Assembly: GCF_001194135.2 (NCBI RefSeq)
Contig: NC_068988.1
Location: forward strand, 84,031,721-84,095,720
Direction of reading: 5' to 3'
DNA: 64,000 nucleotides
Source: Octopus bimaculoides
Taxonomy: Eukaryota
Shown piece by piece: positions 23,947-37,140 of the stretch. A program made the translations under genes and the position numbers. Each line of letters opens with the position of its first letter. The first letter of the stretch is position 1. The notes under the pieces were generated by a model, which searched no databases, had not been told where the DNA came from, and saw only the letters and a program-made list of their open reading frames with translations.

Positions 23947-25063
23947 GGAGAGGCACAGCAACTTGACAAGAAGTCTGCAAGTGGCCTGTGTAAGCTCATA
24001 CAGCGCACAAAAAATAGGGAAGTTGTGTGCTTCCCCACAGACAAGTCCGGCAGAATGTCAATAGACAACCTGCCAAACTACATCTAAGTGATGCAACCCA
24101 ACATCACCAATATGAGGGAAACAATGGTACGAGAGAATGAGGAGAGAGAGAAGATCTTTAATGCTCAAATAATGTGGTCAAACATCCTAGGGGTAAAAAA
24201 GCACATGGCCAACAACTTCCAGGCCACTAATAATGACATCCCAGCACTGTATGGGCTCCACAAAGACCATAAGGCAACCATTGGTCCAGTAACAGGACCA
24301 CCAATGAGACCAGTCTGTGGAGCCAATGTTACCAATAACTGCCAGATCTCCTACTTCCTCTCTATGATCATAAGCCTTCTGATCAAAATGTACTTGGATG
24401 TGTGTGACAGCATAGAGAACCTCCTCAGCAGAATCATTGACTGCAACCATGCCTACGATCTGACGGGATGCATAATAGGCAGTATGGACGTGGTATCTTT
24501 ATACCCATCTATTGATGTTGATTTTGCTGTGGAGAAATGTGTGAAGGTGATCAGTGAGAGCGATGTGGAGTTTTGTGGTGTTGACACAGAAGAACTGGGC
24601 CTCCCGCTGAGACTGGCATGTGACAATGGTTACTTAGATGAATATGACCTTAGTTGTTTCTACCCCACTAGATTGGTAAGAAGTAGACCCTCTACTATAA
24701 CTTCTATGTTCAGGACGACCCTTAGAGAAAGATGGAATGGGTGGACCAGAGCTATACAGACCCCTGAAAACCATGATTGGGTTAAAAAGATGGTTGCACA
24801 TGTGGTGGGTGCGAGTACCAAGATCACATTCAAAGGCCACATATTTAAGTTCAATAACAAGATATATGCCAAGAGGGAAGTGCAGTCATCAGAATCAGTA
24901 TCGCTGGTGATGTGGCTAACCTATTTATGGTATGGTGGGATAGGCAACTCAAAGAGAAATTAGCAGAGAACTCCATAACCCAAAGCATGTGCTCCTGTTA
25001 TGTGGATGATATCAACATAGTATCCAAAGCACCCCTACAAGACAATGTTGATGATTTAGAACA
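23946..25063 (+). mobile_element. Penelope-like element reverse transcriptase, 5'- and 3'-truncated pseudogene
   Basis: SNLT...GLCKL...EVVCFPTDKSGR, PALYGLHKDHK...PMRPV, SMDVVSLYPSI and FKFNNKIY; then, after a frameshift near 24870, IAGDVANLFMVWWD...CYVDDINI. Confidence 0.88.
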
Positions 25064-25419
25064 CAGGTTCCCAACTGGTGTGCCACGGCACCCTGGAGTG
25101 CTGTGAAATATACACATGTATGTGGTATCATGACTGATCATTTCGAGTCAAAAGTACATTTTGATACTATTTTAACAATAAATATTATTTAAACATTACA
25201 TAAAAATATTAGCAAAAAGACACCATTTTAAACAGTTTTCATCAGTTTGTTTTTAAGGTAAAACCTAAAAAATAAAGTTTCGTTTTCATATTCAGAATAT
25301 TGTTGCAAAAACGTGTTGTGTTTATTATTTTTTTGAGTTTTTTAAAATCATTTTGATATTTCTAAATACTAATACTTATATTTCAACTTTCTTTATCTTG
25401 CTTTTATCACAACCACACT
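25064..25419 (+). mobile_element. Probable hAT-Charlie-type element end truncating the PLE
   Basis: caggttcccaactggtgtgcc resembles Charlie-type termini and is followed by an AT-rich interior. The other end would be in the gap. Confidence 0.4.
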
Positions 25420-26023
25420 NNNNNNNNNNNNNNNNNNNNNNNNNNNNNNNNNNNNNNNNNNNNNNNNNNNNNNNNNNNNNNNNNNNNNNNNNNNNNNNNN
25501 NNNNNNNNNNNNNNNNNNNNNNNNNNNNNNNNNNNNNNNNNNNNNNNNNNNNNNNNNNNNNNNNNNNNNNNNNNNNNNNNNNNNNNNNNNNNNNNNNNNN
25601 NNNNNNNNNNNNNNNNNNNNNNNNNNNNNNNNNNNNNNNNNNNNNNNNNNNNNNNNNNNNNNNNNNNNNNNNNNNNNNNNNNNNNNNNNNNNNNNNNNNN
25701 NNNNNNNNNNNNNNNNNNNNNNNNNNNNNNNNNNNNNNNNNNNNNNNNNNNNNNNNNNNNNNNNNNNNNNNNNNNNNNNNNNNNNNNNNNNNNNNNNNNN
25801 NNNNNNNNNNNNNNNNNNNNNNNNNNNNNNNNNNNNNNNNNNNNNNNNNNNNNNNNNNNNNNNNNNNNNNNNNNNNNNNNNNNNNNNNNNNNNNNNNNNN
25901 NNNNNNNNNNNNNNNNNNNNNNNNNNNNNNNNNNNNNNNNNNNNNNNNNNNNNNNNNNNNNNNNNNNNNNNNNNNNNNNNNNNNNNNNNNNNNNNNNNNN
26001 NNNNNNNNNNNNNNNNNNNNNNA

Positions 26024-26059
<36 letters not shown>

Positions 26060-26068
<9 letters not shown>

Positions 26069-26525
26069 GTGAAGCATGACCTCGAACATTCGGCCTCACC
26101 GAGGCAATGATAAGTGACCGAGACCTTTGGAGATGTGCTGTGCTTGAGAAGACCCGGCAAGCCAAGTGAGACCATAACTGTGACCTATGTCAGGGCTGCT
26201 GACTGGCTCCCGTACCAGTGACATGTAAAAAGCACCATCCAAGCGAGATCATTGCCAGTGCCACCGGACTGGCTCCTGTGCAGGTGGCACATAAAAAGCA
26301 CCATTTAAGCGTGGCCAATGCCAGTACTGCCTGATTGGCCCTCGTATAAAAGCACCCACTATACACTCTTGGAGTGGTTGGCGTTAGGAAGGTCATCCAG
26401 CTGTAGAAACTTTGCAAGATCAGATTGGAGCCAGGTGCAGCCTTCTGGCTCACCAGCCTTCAGTCAAACTGTCCAACCCATGCCAGCATGCAAAGCGGAC
26501 GTTAAACGACGACGATGATGATGAT
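26060..26525 (+). mobile_element. RTE-X LINE 3' end (young subfamily) with (GAT)n tail
   Basis: End of ORF (RDLWRCAVLEKTRQAK), internally repeated 3' UTR, ggagtggttggcgttaggaagg block and gatgatgat tail. Confidence 0.8.
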
Positions 26526-26539
26526 GATTAGTAGATAAA

Positions 26540-28840
26540 GCAATTAAGGATATGAAGACAGGGAAAGCCCCCAGCCCATGATGAATTATTGCTGAGATGC
26601 TTAAGATATCTGACGGAGTGAGATATGGTCTAGTCACCCATATAGTTAATCAGGTTGTCCATGAGGGAGATATATCCAACGACTGGTTTAGCAGCATATA
26701 AACAACTGCTGCAAAGGTAAAAGGTGACACCTTAGACAGAAATAATTACAGAGTTATCAAATTGCTGGATCAGGTGATGAAAATTACAGAGAGGGTCATA
26801 GCTCAACTAATCAGGGAGATCATTAGCCTAGACGAGATTCAGTTTAGTTTTGAGCCAGAGAGAAGCACTACTGATGCTACCTTCCAGGTAAGGCAACTGC
26901 AAGAGAAATGTTTAGCTAAAAATAAACATCTGACTTGGCTTTTGTTGACAAGAAAAAGCCTTTAATAGAGTCCCCCACTCCTTTATCTGGCAGTCAATAT
27001 GGAAGCTAAGAATAGAGGAGTGGTTGGTGAGTGCTATACAAGCCATGTACAGGGATGTTGTCAGTAAGGTAAAAGTTAGCAATGAATTTGGTGTACATGT
27101 AGGAGTTCACCAAAATTCAGTTCTCAGCCCCCTCTTGTTTATTATAGTCCTCCAGGCCATAACAGAGGAATTTAAGATTGGTTGCCTTTGGGAACTCCTC
27201 TGTGCTGATGAACCTTGTTCTTATAACTGAATCACTACCAGAACTAAAGAAATTTCAGGTGTGGAGGCAAGGTCTGGAATCAAAGGTCCTTAGAGGTAAT
27301 TTAGTAAAGACTAAAGTCCAAGTAAGTAGGAAAACAGACAAATTACTAATCCTTTCAAGGAAATAACCCTTCTTGATATATAGAAAAAGTGTAGAGAGAA
27401 ATACCATAAGGTGTACCCAGTGCAAGCTATGGACACATAAGAGGTGCAATGGTGTCATAGAAAGGTTAGCAGAGAAAGTAGACTATGTGTGTGGCAGATG
27501 TGCTGGTACAACAAACACTAAGAATGTACAGAAAATAGACTTCCTCAAATGTCCAGGAGGACCCTTCTTAGAAGTAGTAGATAACTTCTGTTACCTAGGT
27601 GACCGAGTTATCAGTGGAAAAGAATGCTCTGACAATGTAGTTGCTAGAATAAGAATGGGTTGGGCAAAGTTCAGAGAGCTACTACCTTTGTTGGTAACAA
27701 AGGGTCTCTCCCTCAGAGTGACATGCAGGTTTTATAACACCTGTGTATGAACAGCCATGCTACATGGCAGTGAAATATGGGATGTGACTGCAGAGGACAT
27801 GTGAAATGAAGTCAATACATGTACAACAAAGTGTGTTTTAGGAGAAAAATTGGGTATAAGAAGCATAGATGTAGTGTGTAAGAGAGAAGACTGCATTGGT
27901 ATGGTTATGTGATGCATATGGATGACGAAAACTACATAAAGAAATGCAGATCTCTAAATATGGAAGGAACCTGTGGAAGAGGTAGACCCAGGAAGATGCA
28001 AGGTAAAGCGGTGAAAAATGATCTTCAGATGCTGAACCTCAAAGAGGAGAATACAAGTGGCTAAGACTGCTGGCAATTTGCTATGGTTGTGAAGACACAC
28101 ACACACACACACACACATTATCTGACCTCAGTCAAAATTCTCTCATCTTCCCAATACCTGCTACAGACTCCTCCCTTCCATTTTCCCTCATGCACCTCAC
28201 CTGCTGTAGGCCCCTCCACTCTCTCTCTCCTGTAACTATCCACACACTCTCCATGCCTTCACATACCTTCCTTACCCACCTCCCAGCCTCTCCAATTTCC
28301 CTCACCATCACTTACTACAGTCATGTCTTCCCTATCTCCAAACATATCACCTCACACTCTAATGGAACATTGCACTCTATCCCCTCTGTACTACTTGTAC
28401 TAACTCTCACCACTGTTCTCTGTGGGTAGGCCCCAATACATCTCCTGCACCATCTATTTCTCTCTCACTCACTCTGATTGTCTCTCTCTCTCTCTCTCTC
28501 CCACTTCCTCCTCACTCTCTCACCTGATACACAACAACTTCACTTGGTTTCACTTCCTCTCTTAGCAATGAGGTCTTTGTCTTGCGAATCACTTGATCCC
28601 ACTGGTGCTGGTGCTAAGTAAAAAGCACCTGTGCTGGTGTCACGTAACAAAAGCATCTGTGCTGGTGTCACGTAAAATGTACTTGTACTGATGCCATGTA
28701 AAAAGTATCCAGTACATTTTGTGAAATGGTTGGCATTAGGAAGGGCATCAAGCCATAGAAACGATGCCAAAACAAGACAATTGGCAGCTCCTGTCAAACT
28801 CATGCCAGCAATGGATAAATGGATATTTAATGATGATGAT
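26540..28840 (+). mobile_element. RTE-X-type LINE, 5'-truncated and degenerate ORF2, with an older pyrimidine-rich 3' UTR
   Basis: NYRVIKLLDQVMKITERV, QFSF...STTDA, GVHQNSVLSPLLF, LLCADE, CTQCKLWTHKRC...CGRC and FCYLGD...ARIRMGWAKFRELLPLL; tail gatgatgat at ~28830. Confidence 0.85.
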
Positions 28841-28870
28841 TATGATATATATATATACATACATACATAC

Positions 28871-29250
28871 GTGGAGGCGCAATGGCCCAGTGGTTAGGGC
28901 AGTGGACTTGCGGTCATAGGATCACAGTTTCGATTCCCAGACCAGGCGTTGTGAGTGTTTATTGAGCGAAAACACCTAAAGCTCCACAAGGCTCCGGCAG
29001 GTGATGGTGGCAAACCCTGCTGTACTCTTTCACCACACTTTCTTTCACTCTTACTTCCTGTTTCTGTTGTGCCTGTAATTCAAAGGGCCAGCCTTGTCAC
29101 ACTGTGTCATGCTGAATATCCCCGAGAACTACGTTAAGGGTACACGTGTCTGTGGAGTGCTCAGCCACTTGCACGTTAATTTCATGAGCAGGCTGTTCTG
29201 TTGATCAGATCAACTGGAACCCTCGACATCGTAAGTGACGGAGTGCCAAC
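28871..29250 (+). mobile_element. SINE family A, full length, inserted in (ATAC)n
   Basis: Highly similar to 16758-17154; flanked by atacatacatac on both sides. Confidence 0.9.
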
Positions 29251-29255
29251 ATACA

Positions 29256-29291
<36 letters not shown>

Positions 29292-30034
29292 TATACTCAT
29301 TTTATGCCCACTTTGATGAGTAGGTTGTCAATAATATAGTTTGACAAAAGCAAATCTTACCAATTTTCCAATTCAAGGTAGATACATATATGGTGAAACA
29401 AAACAGAAACACAGGAGTCAGATTGTTTGTAAGAAAGAGTTAAGTTATGGTAGAAGTGGTTAGTTTGGGTGACATGTAGATCAGAGCTCTTTTCTTTTTT
29501 GTTGTTGAATATAATTTAAATAGCTCCAAATACTGTCAAATACTTGAAAAGGATCTATTACCCACCTGTTCCAGTTTGAGGAATTGATGAGAATACCAAT
29601 CTTTTTCAAGAAGATGGAACCCCCCCATGCCATACAAATAAGGTGTTTCAAGCTTGAAAAAAAAAAAACTCATGGAATCAAATCACTGAAATGGGCTGTC
29701 CAAAAACAACCAGTTTAATCTAAAAGAACATAGATGGGAACACATTGATATAAGGTTGTGAGTAAGATGATCAAAGATTACGTCAATTACAGAGCTGAAA
29801 GAAGTATTAACTGTAGAGTGGATAAACATGGATCTGTATGTCATTGATAATTTAATTAAATTCAAGCCTAATCAAGTCAAAGCTATGATATTAGCTGAAG
29901 GATGACCTATAAAATACTGAGATAAATGTTCATTTCATTTGAGATAATTTTACAAGTTGAATTAACATTTCATTTTATTACCCTGTCTATAAAATTATTA
30001 TAGGTGTCTGTATACACATCATGTATATACATAT

Positions 30035-30076
<42 letters not shown>

Positions 30077-30179
30077 GGCTAAAGCTGCAGCTCTATAGAT
30101 ACCTGGATGTATTGAAAAATTGATAAATTAATCTATTGAAAGATAGTAAAAGGAAACAGATAAAAACAGTTGGGGTGAT

Positions 30180-30400
30180 GAATAGATAAGTAGGTATATA
30201 TGTATGTATGTATGTATGTATGTAATGTAGGTAGGTAGGTAGGTAGCTAGCTAGCTAGGTATGTATGTAGGTAGCTTAGTAGGTGGGTAGGTTTGTAGGT
30301 AGGTGGGTAAGTTTAGGTAAGTGGGTGTGTGGGTAGGTAGGTAGGTAGATAGGTAGGTAGTGGATGGGTAGGTGGATATATAGGTAGGTAGTTGAAAATA
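30180..30400. repeat. Degenerate (TATG)n/(TAGG)n tetranucleotide tract
   Basis: Directly visible. Confidence 0.85.
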
Positions 30401-31019
30401 TAGACAATGAGTAACAAAGGGATGAATATACAAGGAAACAGGTAAAACTTTGATTTGATAGATTAAAAACTGTTTTTTTTCTTATCACTTCGAGGGCAAG
30501 TAGCAGTGTCCATGCCCATTTTTTCAGGGTCTCTGATGTTGGTAGAGGAAAGGGGGGAAATAAATTATCCTCAGACTGGTAACCTGGCCCAAACATTTAA
30601 AACAGAGTAAACTTCACTGAAGGCGGCCAAGGACCCACCAGGTAGTAGTGTCAAACTGGACAACTGATTAATGCATGGAAAACTATTAAGCAGATAGGTA
30701 AGAAAATATAAAGGAAGAGAAGTAAATAGATAGGTAAATAGGTAACACTGAAGTCTGATATAATGAGGAATAGAAAAAAGAAAAGAAGGAAAAAGAAAGA
30801 AAATAGGCAGATGACGGTAAGTAGATGGATGGAGAAACTGACAGCTAGATAGCTAGAAATACAGGTAGATGAAAGACAAAGAGATGGATAGAGAAAAAGA
30901 TAAGATAATTAGCAGACACACAGACATAATACATAAGAAGTCAGATTGAGAGATAGAGAAAATAACAGCAAGATACAAAGACATGGAGACATATATGTAT
31001 GTATATGCACACACACACA

Positions 31020-31053
<34 letters not shown>

Positions 31054-31779
31054 ATAATAAATGTATTGTTTTAAAAAAAGATTAATTTGTATCTATCACT
31101 GCATCAGAAAACACAGTTCATGTCTAACTAGTTTTGATAGGAGACCTCCAGACCTGATGCCGAACAATAATACAAAAGGAATATTTACAACACAATATTC
31201 CCTTTTCACAACTGTTAAAGAGAGGGGAAATAATAATAAAATATATACCTTCATGGATTTGAACAACTGAAAATAAAAGTCACTAGCTGACAGAAGCTCG
31301 TTGAATATAAGATTGTCGAATATAAACAAACAAGTAGCTACACTTCTCAACAACAAAAATTGAAAACTGAAATTAAAAAAATGTGTTTGGATATAGTAAA
31401 ATTGATCACTTCAAACAGGAATTAAAAGCTGTCAGTGGAAAACACGGTCATCAGAAGAGATTAATTGAAAGAAAAATAATGAATTAGATATTCAATGAAA
31501 ATCAATCAGTAGTCAGTAGAGAGATCAATAAAAGTCAGAGAGGGTCTTTTTGCAAAGGTACAGAAATAGTTTTGGAGAAAAATCTGTAGTAAGAAAAGGA
31601 AAATTTAACCAAATCATTGACGTCAGCTGGGGACACAGTAGACTGATGAAAATTTGCAGACAATATTAGTCTGTTTCGTGATACCCCTGAAATCATGCAA
31701 GAGATGACAAGTGTTTGGTCCCTGTATCAATCACTGAAAGACAAAAGCCTTACACCTATTTGAAAATCAACCCAAAACT

Positions 31780-32328
31780 ATTAATCTTGGTGGACGAAAT
31801 ATTGAATTTGCTGACTCTTTTACATAACTTGGTAGTAACATCGGCAGAAATGGAAATGATGTTAAGACAAGACTTAACAGGGCAATGGCAATTTTTCAAT
31901 GACTGAGACCAGTATGGTCATGTTCTTCCATTCATCAAAGAATTAAACTTCTATATGCATTTATCGCAACATCTACAGCATTGTATGCAAGTGAAACATC
32001 AAGGTAGATGGACAGGATTTGCAATATGGTGAATGTTTTTCATTGCTAGTGCCTTAGAAATATCCAAAGATGGGCACCGTTAATCAAAAAGTTAACTTTG
32101 TTAACCGTTAATCTGTTGACCAAAAAGTTAACTTCAATAACTGTTCATCAGTTAATGTAACAAAAGTTATCGATAAGCCGTTAATGTTAACTTTTATTAT
32201 AGAAAAAAACAAAAAAGATCAATTTTTGCTCTAAAATTACATAAAAACACCATAAAAAAGTGCCAGAACTATAGAATCAGCCTTTTTTGCCTTTTGAAGG
32301 GCTTTAGAACCCCAAAACTATTGTTGTT

Positions 32329-32365
<37 letters not shown>

Positions 32366-33020
32366 TTTTTTTTTTTGCTTTTAAAAAAGGCTGATTTCAT
32401 AGTTTTGGCTCTTATTTAGGTTTTTAAAGGCTTTTAGAGCCAGAAAGGGGTAAAAAAAAAAAAGAAAAACTCAAACGAAACAAAATTAAACTAAAAATTA
32501 AACTAAAAGAGTTTATTGATAAATGTAACGGAAGTCAAATGTAAAATCTAACAGAAGTTAAATGTAAAATGTAACAGAAGTTAAGTAGTTCAATAATAAT
32601 TTCCAAAGTTATCTTAAAAAGTTAAATTGTTAACAAAAATGTAAACTTTGTTAATTAACGATTAACGGAATAACGTTTTGGTGCCCAGGTTTGGAAATAT
32701 CCTGAAGATCACCTGGTATGACCACATCACAAATGATGAAATCATGATAACAGCTGGCTTAAATAAACTGCTGGACATCATCTCAGCCAGATGAAGGAAG
32801 TTGTTTGGTCATGTATTATGCTCACTGTTAAAGAGATCAGCAAGGACAACCACTAAGTGGACCAATGAGGAAAGAGAGAGGCATGTCAGTGAAGATAAGG
32901 CGAAGAAATGCACAGGAAGACTTGATGAAAATGGGTGTTACATAGGAAAAAGAATGTAGTTTGGCTTAGAATATCACTTGGAGAACTCTCATTGCCTGAT
33001 GCTCTGTGAGTGAAGAGAGA
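31780..33020 (+). mobile_element. Degraded RTE LINE 3' fragment, split by a hAT MITE
   Basis: LGSNIG...DVKTRLNRA. Excising 32065-32693 plus one TSD restores CLRNILKITWYDHITNDEI...LFGHV. Confidence 0.75.
32065..32693. mobile_element. hAT MITE (629 bp) with 8-bp TSD
   Basis: TIRs caaagatgggcacc / ggtgcccaggtttg. TSD GAAATATC at 32057-32064 and 32694-32701. Subterminal GTTAAC/GTTAA arrays. Confidence 0.88.
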
Positions 33021-33149
33021 TATAATATAACACATAATATTAACAGTATGACCAGAAAAAAATTCAAAAGTATTGACTGTGCCTTTTTTTTTTTAAGCAT
33101 TTGCTCGTTACAAGCTCATTAGACTGCTGAAAACGTAAGAGCTACTAGA

Positions 33150-34420
33150 ATAAAATGGACACTAGACAGAAGTCAATAGGTGACGATGTACATTAGACTT
33201 AAAAGACTGGAGGTCATATTGAAGAGGAAAACAAGACTGTGAAAGGGAATCCCAAAGTTCAGAGATGCAAGGGGAGAAACTGGTACTGAAAAGTACTTTA
33301 CGACACTTAGGAGGTTGCACAGTATACTGATGAGAACTGGATGCAAGTCTAGTTGATCGCTGATAAGTTCTTAAAGGAGGAACCAGAGAAGAGAGCTCAG
33401 CTGAACAATGTCCATGAAAATACTTATAGAAAAGAGACAAGGAAGCCACTCGACAATGATGAGAGTGAGTCCAGTTTAGAAGATAGATCAGGACCAATAG
33501 CATTACAAATACAGTGTTGAATGCAGTCCAACAGAGTTAAACAATCCGCAGGAGCACCTGCCCATATGTGACAACAGTACTCAATGCAGGGCAAATGGTG
33601 GACTTATAAAGATAAAGAATAGTCTCAGGGGTGAGATAACTTCTCGAACAAAGGAGTGAGCTTACCTTCATTGCAGCTGATTTGGCAATAGATACAATGT
33701 AAGCCCTCCAAGAAAAATCATTACAGAAAGTCACTCCTAGGAGACAAAGAGAACGACTCTCAGGTAAGTCAGTACCATCCATCAAAACCGATAGCTAGAA
33801 AGGATATCTGAAGCTATTAATTGAAAGAAGTTTAGTTTCTGATGGATTGAAAGTTACAAGCCATTTCCTACCCCACACAACAAGAGATCGAAGATCATTC
33901 TCAAGGTTAGCTGTGATCTCAACCTTATCAGACAATCTGTCAGATTTGTCCAAACAAGAGTACAAAGTAGAGTCAACAGTATAGATTACTAGCTGACAGA
34001 TGATATGATCAGGCAGATCATTGATAAAAAGAGAGTTTGGCCGAGGACAGATTCTTGAGGACCCCAGCATTAATAGAATAACTAGATGAAGATTGACCAT
34101 CAAGAATAACCTTGATCCTATGGTCATAAAGGAAAGAGATGATGTTCAGCATGAAACCTGATGCACCAAAGGATTGGAGCTTTCACAGAAATCCACCCTA
34201 CCAAATGCCTTAGAGATACCAAGAGCAACTGCCCTAGCTTGACCAGATACATTCAAGGCACAATAAACACACTCGGATATAACATTGAGGTCAGCAGTAG
34301 ACTGCCCAGCCTTACACCAAAAGCATCCAGTTGATATCTTTATGACAGAGTAAGACTGTGAGACTGGAAAGTAGCAAAAAGAGACTTTATTGCCAGCCAC
34401 TGGCACAAAAACTGACTTCT
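33150..34420 (-). mobile_element. CR1/L2-group LINE RT and 3' end, degenerate
   Basis: RAVALGISKAF, FINDLPD...YTVDSTL, WLVTFNPSET, LYLYKSTI, VASLSLFYKYF...ELWDSL...YDLQSFK. Confidence 0.8.
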
Positions 34421-35574
34421 CAGAAATATTTTAAGAACTTTTACCAGAAAACTCTCTGTAGGGATATAAATATACTAAATCAGCTGAAGTTGGCAGAAAC
34501 AAGTCTTGTGTAGAAAATAAAGTGACTCACAAAGCTAAGAACAGCCAAATACATGCTATACTGTAAATATATGGAACTATTCCTCCGGAAGTACTATGAT
34601 AGAAACAATATCATCAAAGTTGAACAAGGAAAGGAAGATAAAAATTGTGATGTCAAAGGCGCTATAGTAAAGAGGAAGGAGTAATATGGTTGCAATCTGG
34701 TTAGATTGCATTCAATTCTGTTTCCAACTCAGGGATATTAGAGTTTCATCCTGAGCTACCATCATAAAGTTAAATACAAGAAGTGTCTCTGTTGAGATGA
34801 ACTATGTACCACAGGGTTATATTTCAAAGATGACCAATCTGTAGTGTTGTTTATACTTGCAGTGAATTCTTATCTTTTTTGTTGAGGAAATCTAAAAATG
34901 ATGTTAATTTGCTTACAGGAGACAGAAACAGAAACACCAACTAGCTGGCACATAACTTTGTTATTGACAACCTGAAGGTATAGGCTCATATGGTTAATCC
35001 AGGGCTATAGTAGAAGACACTTGCCCAAGAGGTGCCATGCAGTAGAATTGAACCCTATATATATATTGTAGCAGATTCAAAATCAAATCATCAAATTACC
35101 AAGTTAAAATCATGGCTTAGTAACAGCCATATAATCAGCTGAGTAATTGATTAATCAGCATTGAGGCATCACTTGATGCAATTTCTAGAATCTTCTAGAA
35201 CATCCTTTTACAAGGCTTATAAATAGGCATGTTTTTAGTACCAATTTTGCTGAATGTTGAATACTGGCACAGGCACATATTGAATCTGTTCTTTTGCCTT
35301 TTAAGCCTAGTTCTTTAAACTAACAGAAGCATTGATGGAGTTGGGGATAAATGGAAAAACACTACTGAGTGGTAATTTTAATCAGATAATGGTGATGACG
35401 ATTACAACAACGATAATCTATGATATGATAATAAGAGAGGTATAAAGAAAATGCATGGTAGAAGACAGTGGGAATAAGGGGAAAAAGGTATGTTCATGCA
35501 ATAAAATTGGTGATGGTGATGATGATGGTGGTGGTAAAAATGATGATGATGGGGTAACAGTGATGAGTTTCACA

Positions 35575-35710
35575 TTTTGGCACAAGGCCAGAAATTTCGG
35601 GGAAGGAAGTAAGTTTATTATATTGAGCACATATTTTATTGACCCTCGAAAGGATGAAAGCAAAGTGGACCTCGGAGGAATTTGAACTTAGAACGTAAAC
35701 ACAGATGAAA
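35575..35710 (-). mobile_element. SINE family C copy
   Basis: ggcacaaggccagaaatttc...gaaaggatgaaagcaaagtggacctc...atttgaacttagaacgtaa. Confidence 0.75.
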
Positions 35711-36719
35711 CGGATAAGCCGTAATATTAACGACAACCAAGACAAAGATGATGACAAGGCCTGAACTCAAAAATCAAAAGTTCATAGTGTTTTCCATACA
35801 TTGTGTTATGCGTCAATTGTGTGACCGTGACAACAATACGGTTATTTAATCAGATTGGGAAGGTTAGGGAACACAACGCAGATTACCAAAATCATCAGTC
35901 AGAAGGCAGTTCTCTCCCTTCTTGCTTGTAAGCCACTGACATTTTGTACATCGACGATAGTTTTATAACTTTCGTCAGCCATGAACAGTTTGTGTCTATA
36001 TTGAATTTACAGCATAGATGGTTAGGGACGTTAGCAGTTCAGGCCTAGGAGTTGGGTTTGGGGATTAGATTTAGGAGAAGTTTAGATAAGTCAGTGAGAG
36101 GAGGCATGGATTTGGTCAATAATTTTCGTAAACCTGTTAGGATTGGTGAAATTGATGTGATTGAAGTTCCAGTTGAAGACTTGTAGATCAATGTCTGCCG
36201 GGAAAATGTGGACATGAAAGGAATTCCTGAAGTTTTGAGTTGTTGAGCAGAAGGATGAGAAATTTATCAAGTAAAGAGATCTATCAGTAGGAATGATGGG
36301 AGGGAAGATGAGATGGGTATATTGAATGAGCTTGTGTGAAAAGACACAGCTCATCAGTTCAAGGGTACAGGCTGTTTTAGAGTCAGGAAAAGAAAAAGAA
36401 AGCAGAAACATTGTATTGGAGAGCTTGTGATTGAAGGGCATTTCTGAGGGAATCATTCCAGTAAAATTGTTTCATATTTATGCTGTCAAGGATGTTTGTA
36501 TAATAGTAAACATCCTAGATATATATGCAGTGCATGAATGTGGGGTCTACAATACTTGTGTGTGTGTGTGTAAGAGTAGCACTGGTCCATGTAAATTAAT
36601 TGTGCAGAGCGCTTTTGTCTGGTTTTAAACACCTTAGAACCTTGTAGTCAAAGATGTTTGTAACCAGACAGAAAACCCTTTGTCAATCACTATATCTTGA
36701 ACATATTTCTTCTCTGGGT

Positions 36720-37140
36720 ATCAACACACTAAAGCTCCAACATCTAGCAGCTGACTTGTTAGGAACCCACAAGATTATCCACCATCTTTCCAGTAACAAC
36801 TTTGGCCACCTTTTTCAATTCAAAATCTCTACCACTCATAGACAAACTTAATCATCATCATCCTTTAAGATCTGTCTTCCATGCTGGCATGGGTTGAATG
36901 GTTCGACCAGAGCTGGCAAGTCAAAGAACTGCACCAAATTCCAGTCTGATTTGCCTTGGTTTCTATAGCTGGATGCCCTTCCTAACTTATAAAACAAAAA
37001 AATCAGCACAACATCCATAACTTTCGGAAACATTTCTTCACACCCAGAATTGTTGAAGCATGGAATAAACTATCCACATCTGTTGCTAACATTCAGAAAA
37101 CTACATCCTTCAAAAACTCCATACTCCCTGAAATTCATAA
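36720..37140 (+). mobile_element. CR1-like LINE 3' remnant, interrupted by a minus-strand RTE tail (~36850-36985)
   Basis: TLKLQHLAADLLGTHKIIH...FQF...; after the insert, NFRKHFFTPRIVEAWNKL...FKNS. Confidence 0.6.

Noticed and set aside
22489-25063. A single permuted PLE with an N-terminal GIY-YIG followed by RT
   Set aside because: The GIY-YIG ends in a stop with a 3'-UTR-like tract (a C-terminal-type EN), and 1.2 kb of non-coding sequence plus a telomeric cap separate it from the RT. Two unrelated fragments are more parsimonious, though a partial-tandem origin is not excluded.
34470-34510. Hammerhead-like ctgaagttggcagaaacaagtc
   Set aside because: The core lacks the conserved A9 and stem II cannot form.
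36091-36456. 121-aa minus-strand ORF as a host exon
   Set aside because: No recognisable host motif or splice context; at most a weak LINE endonuclease-like remnant.
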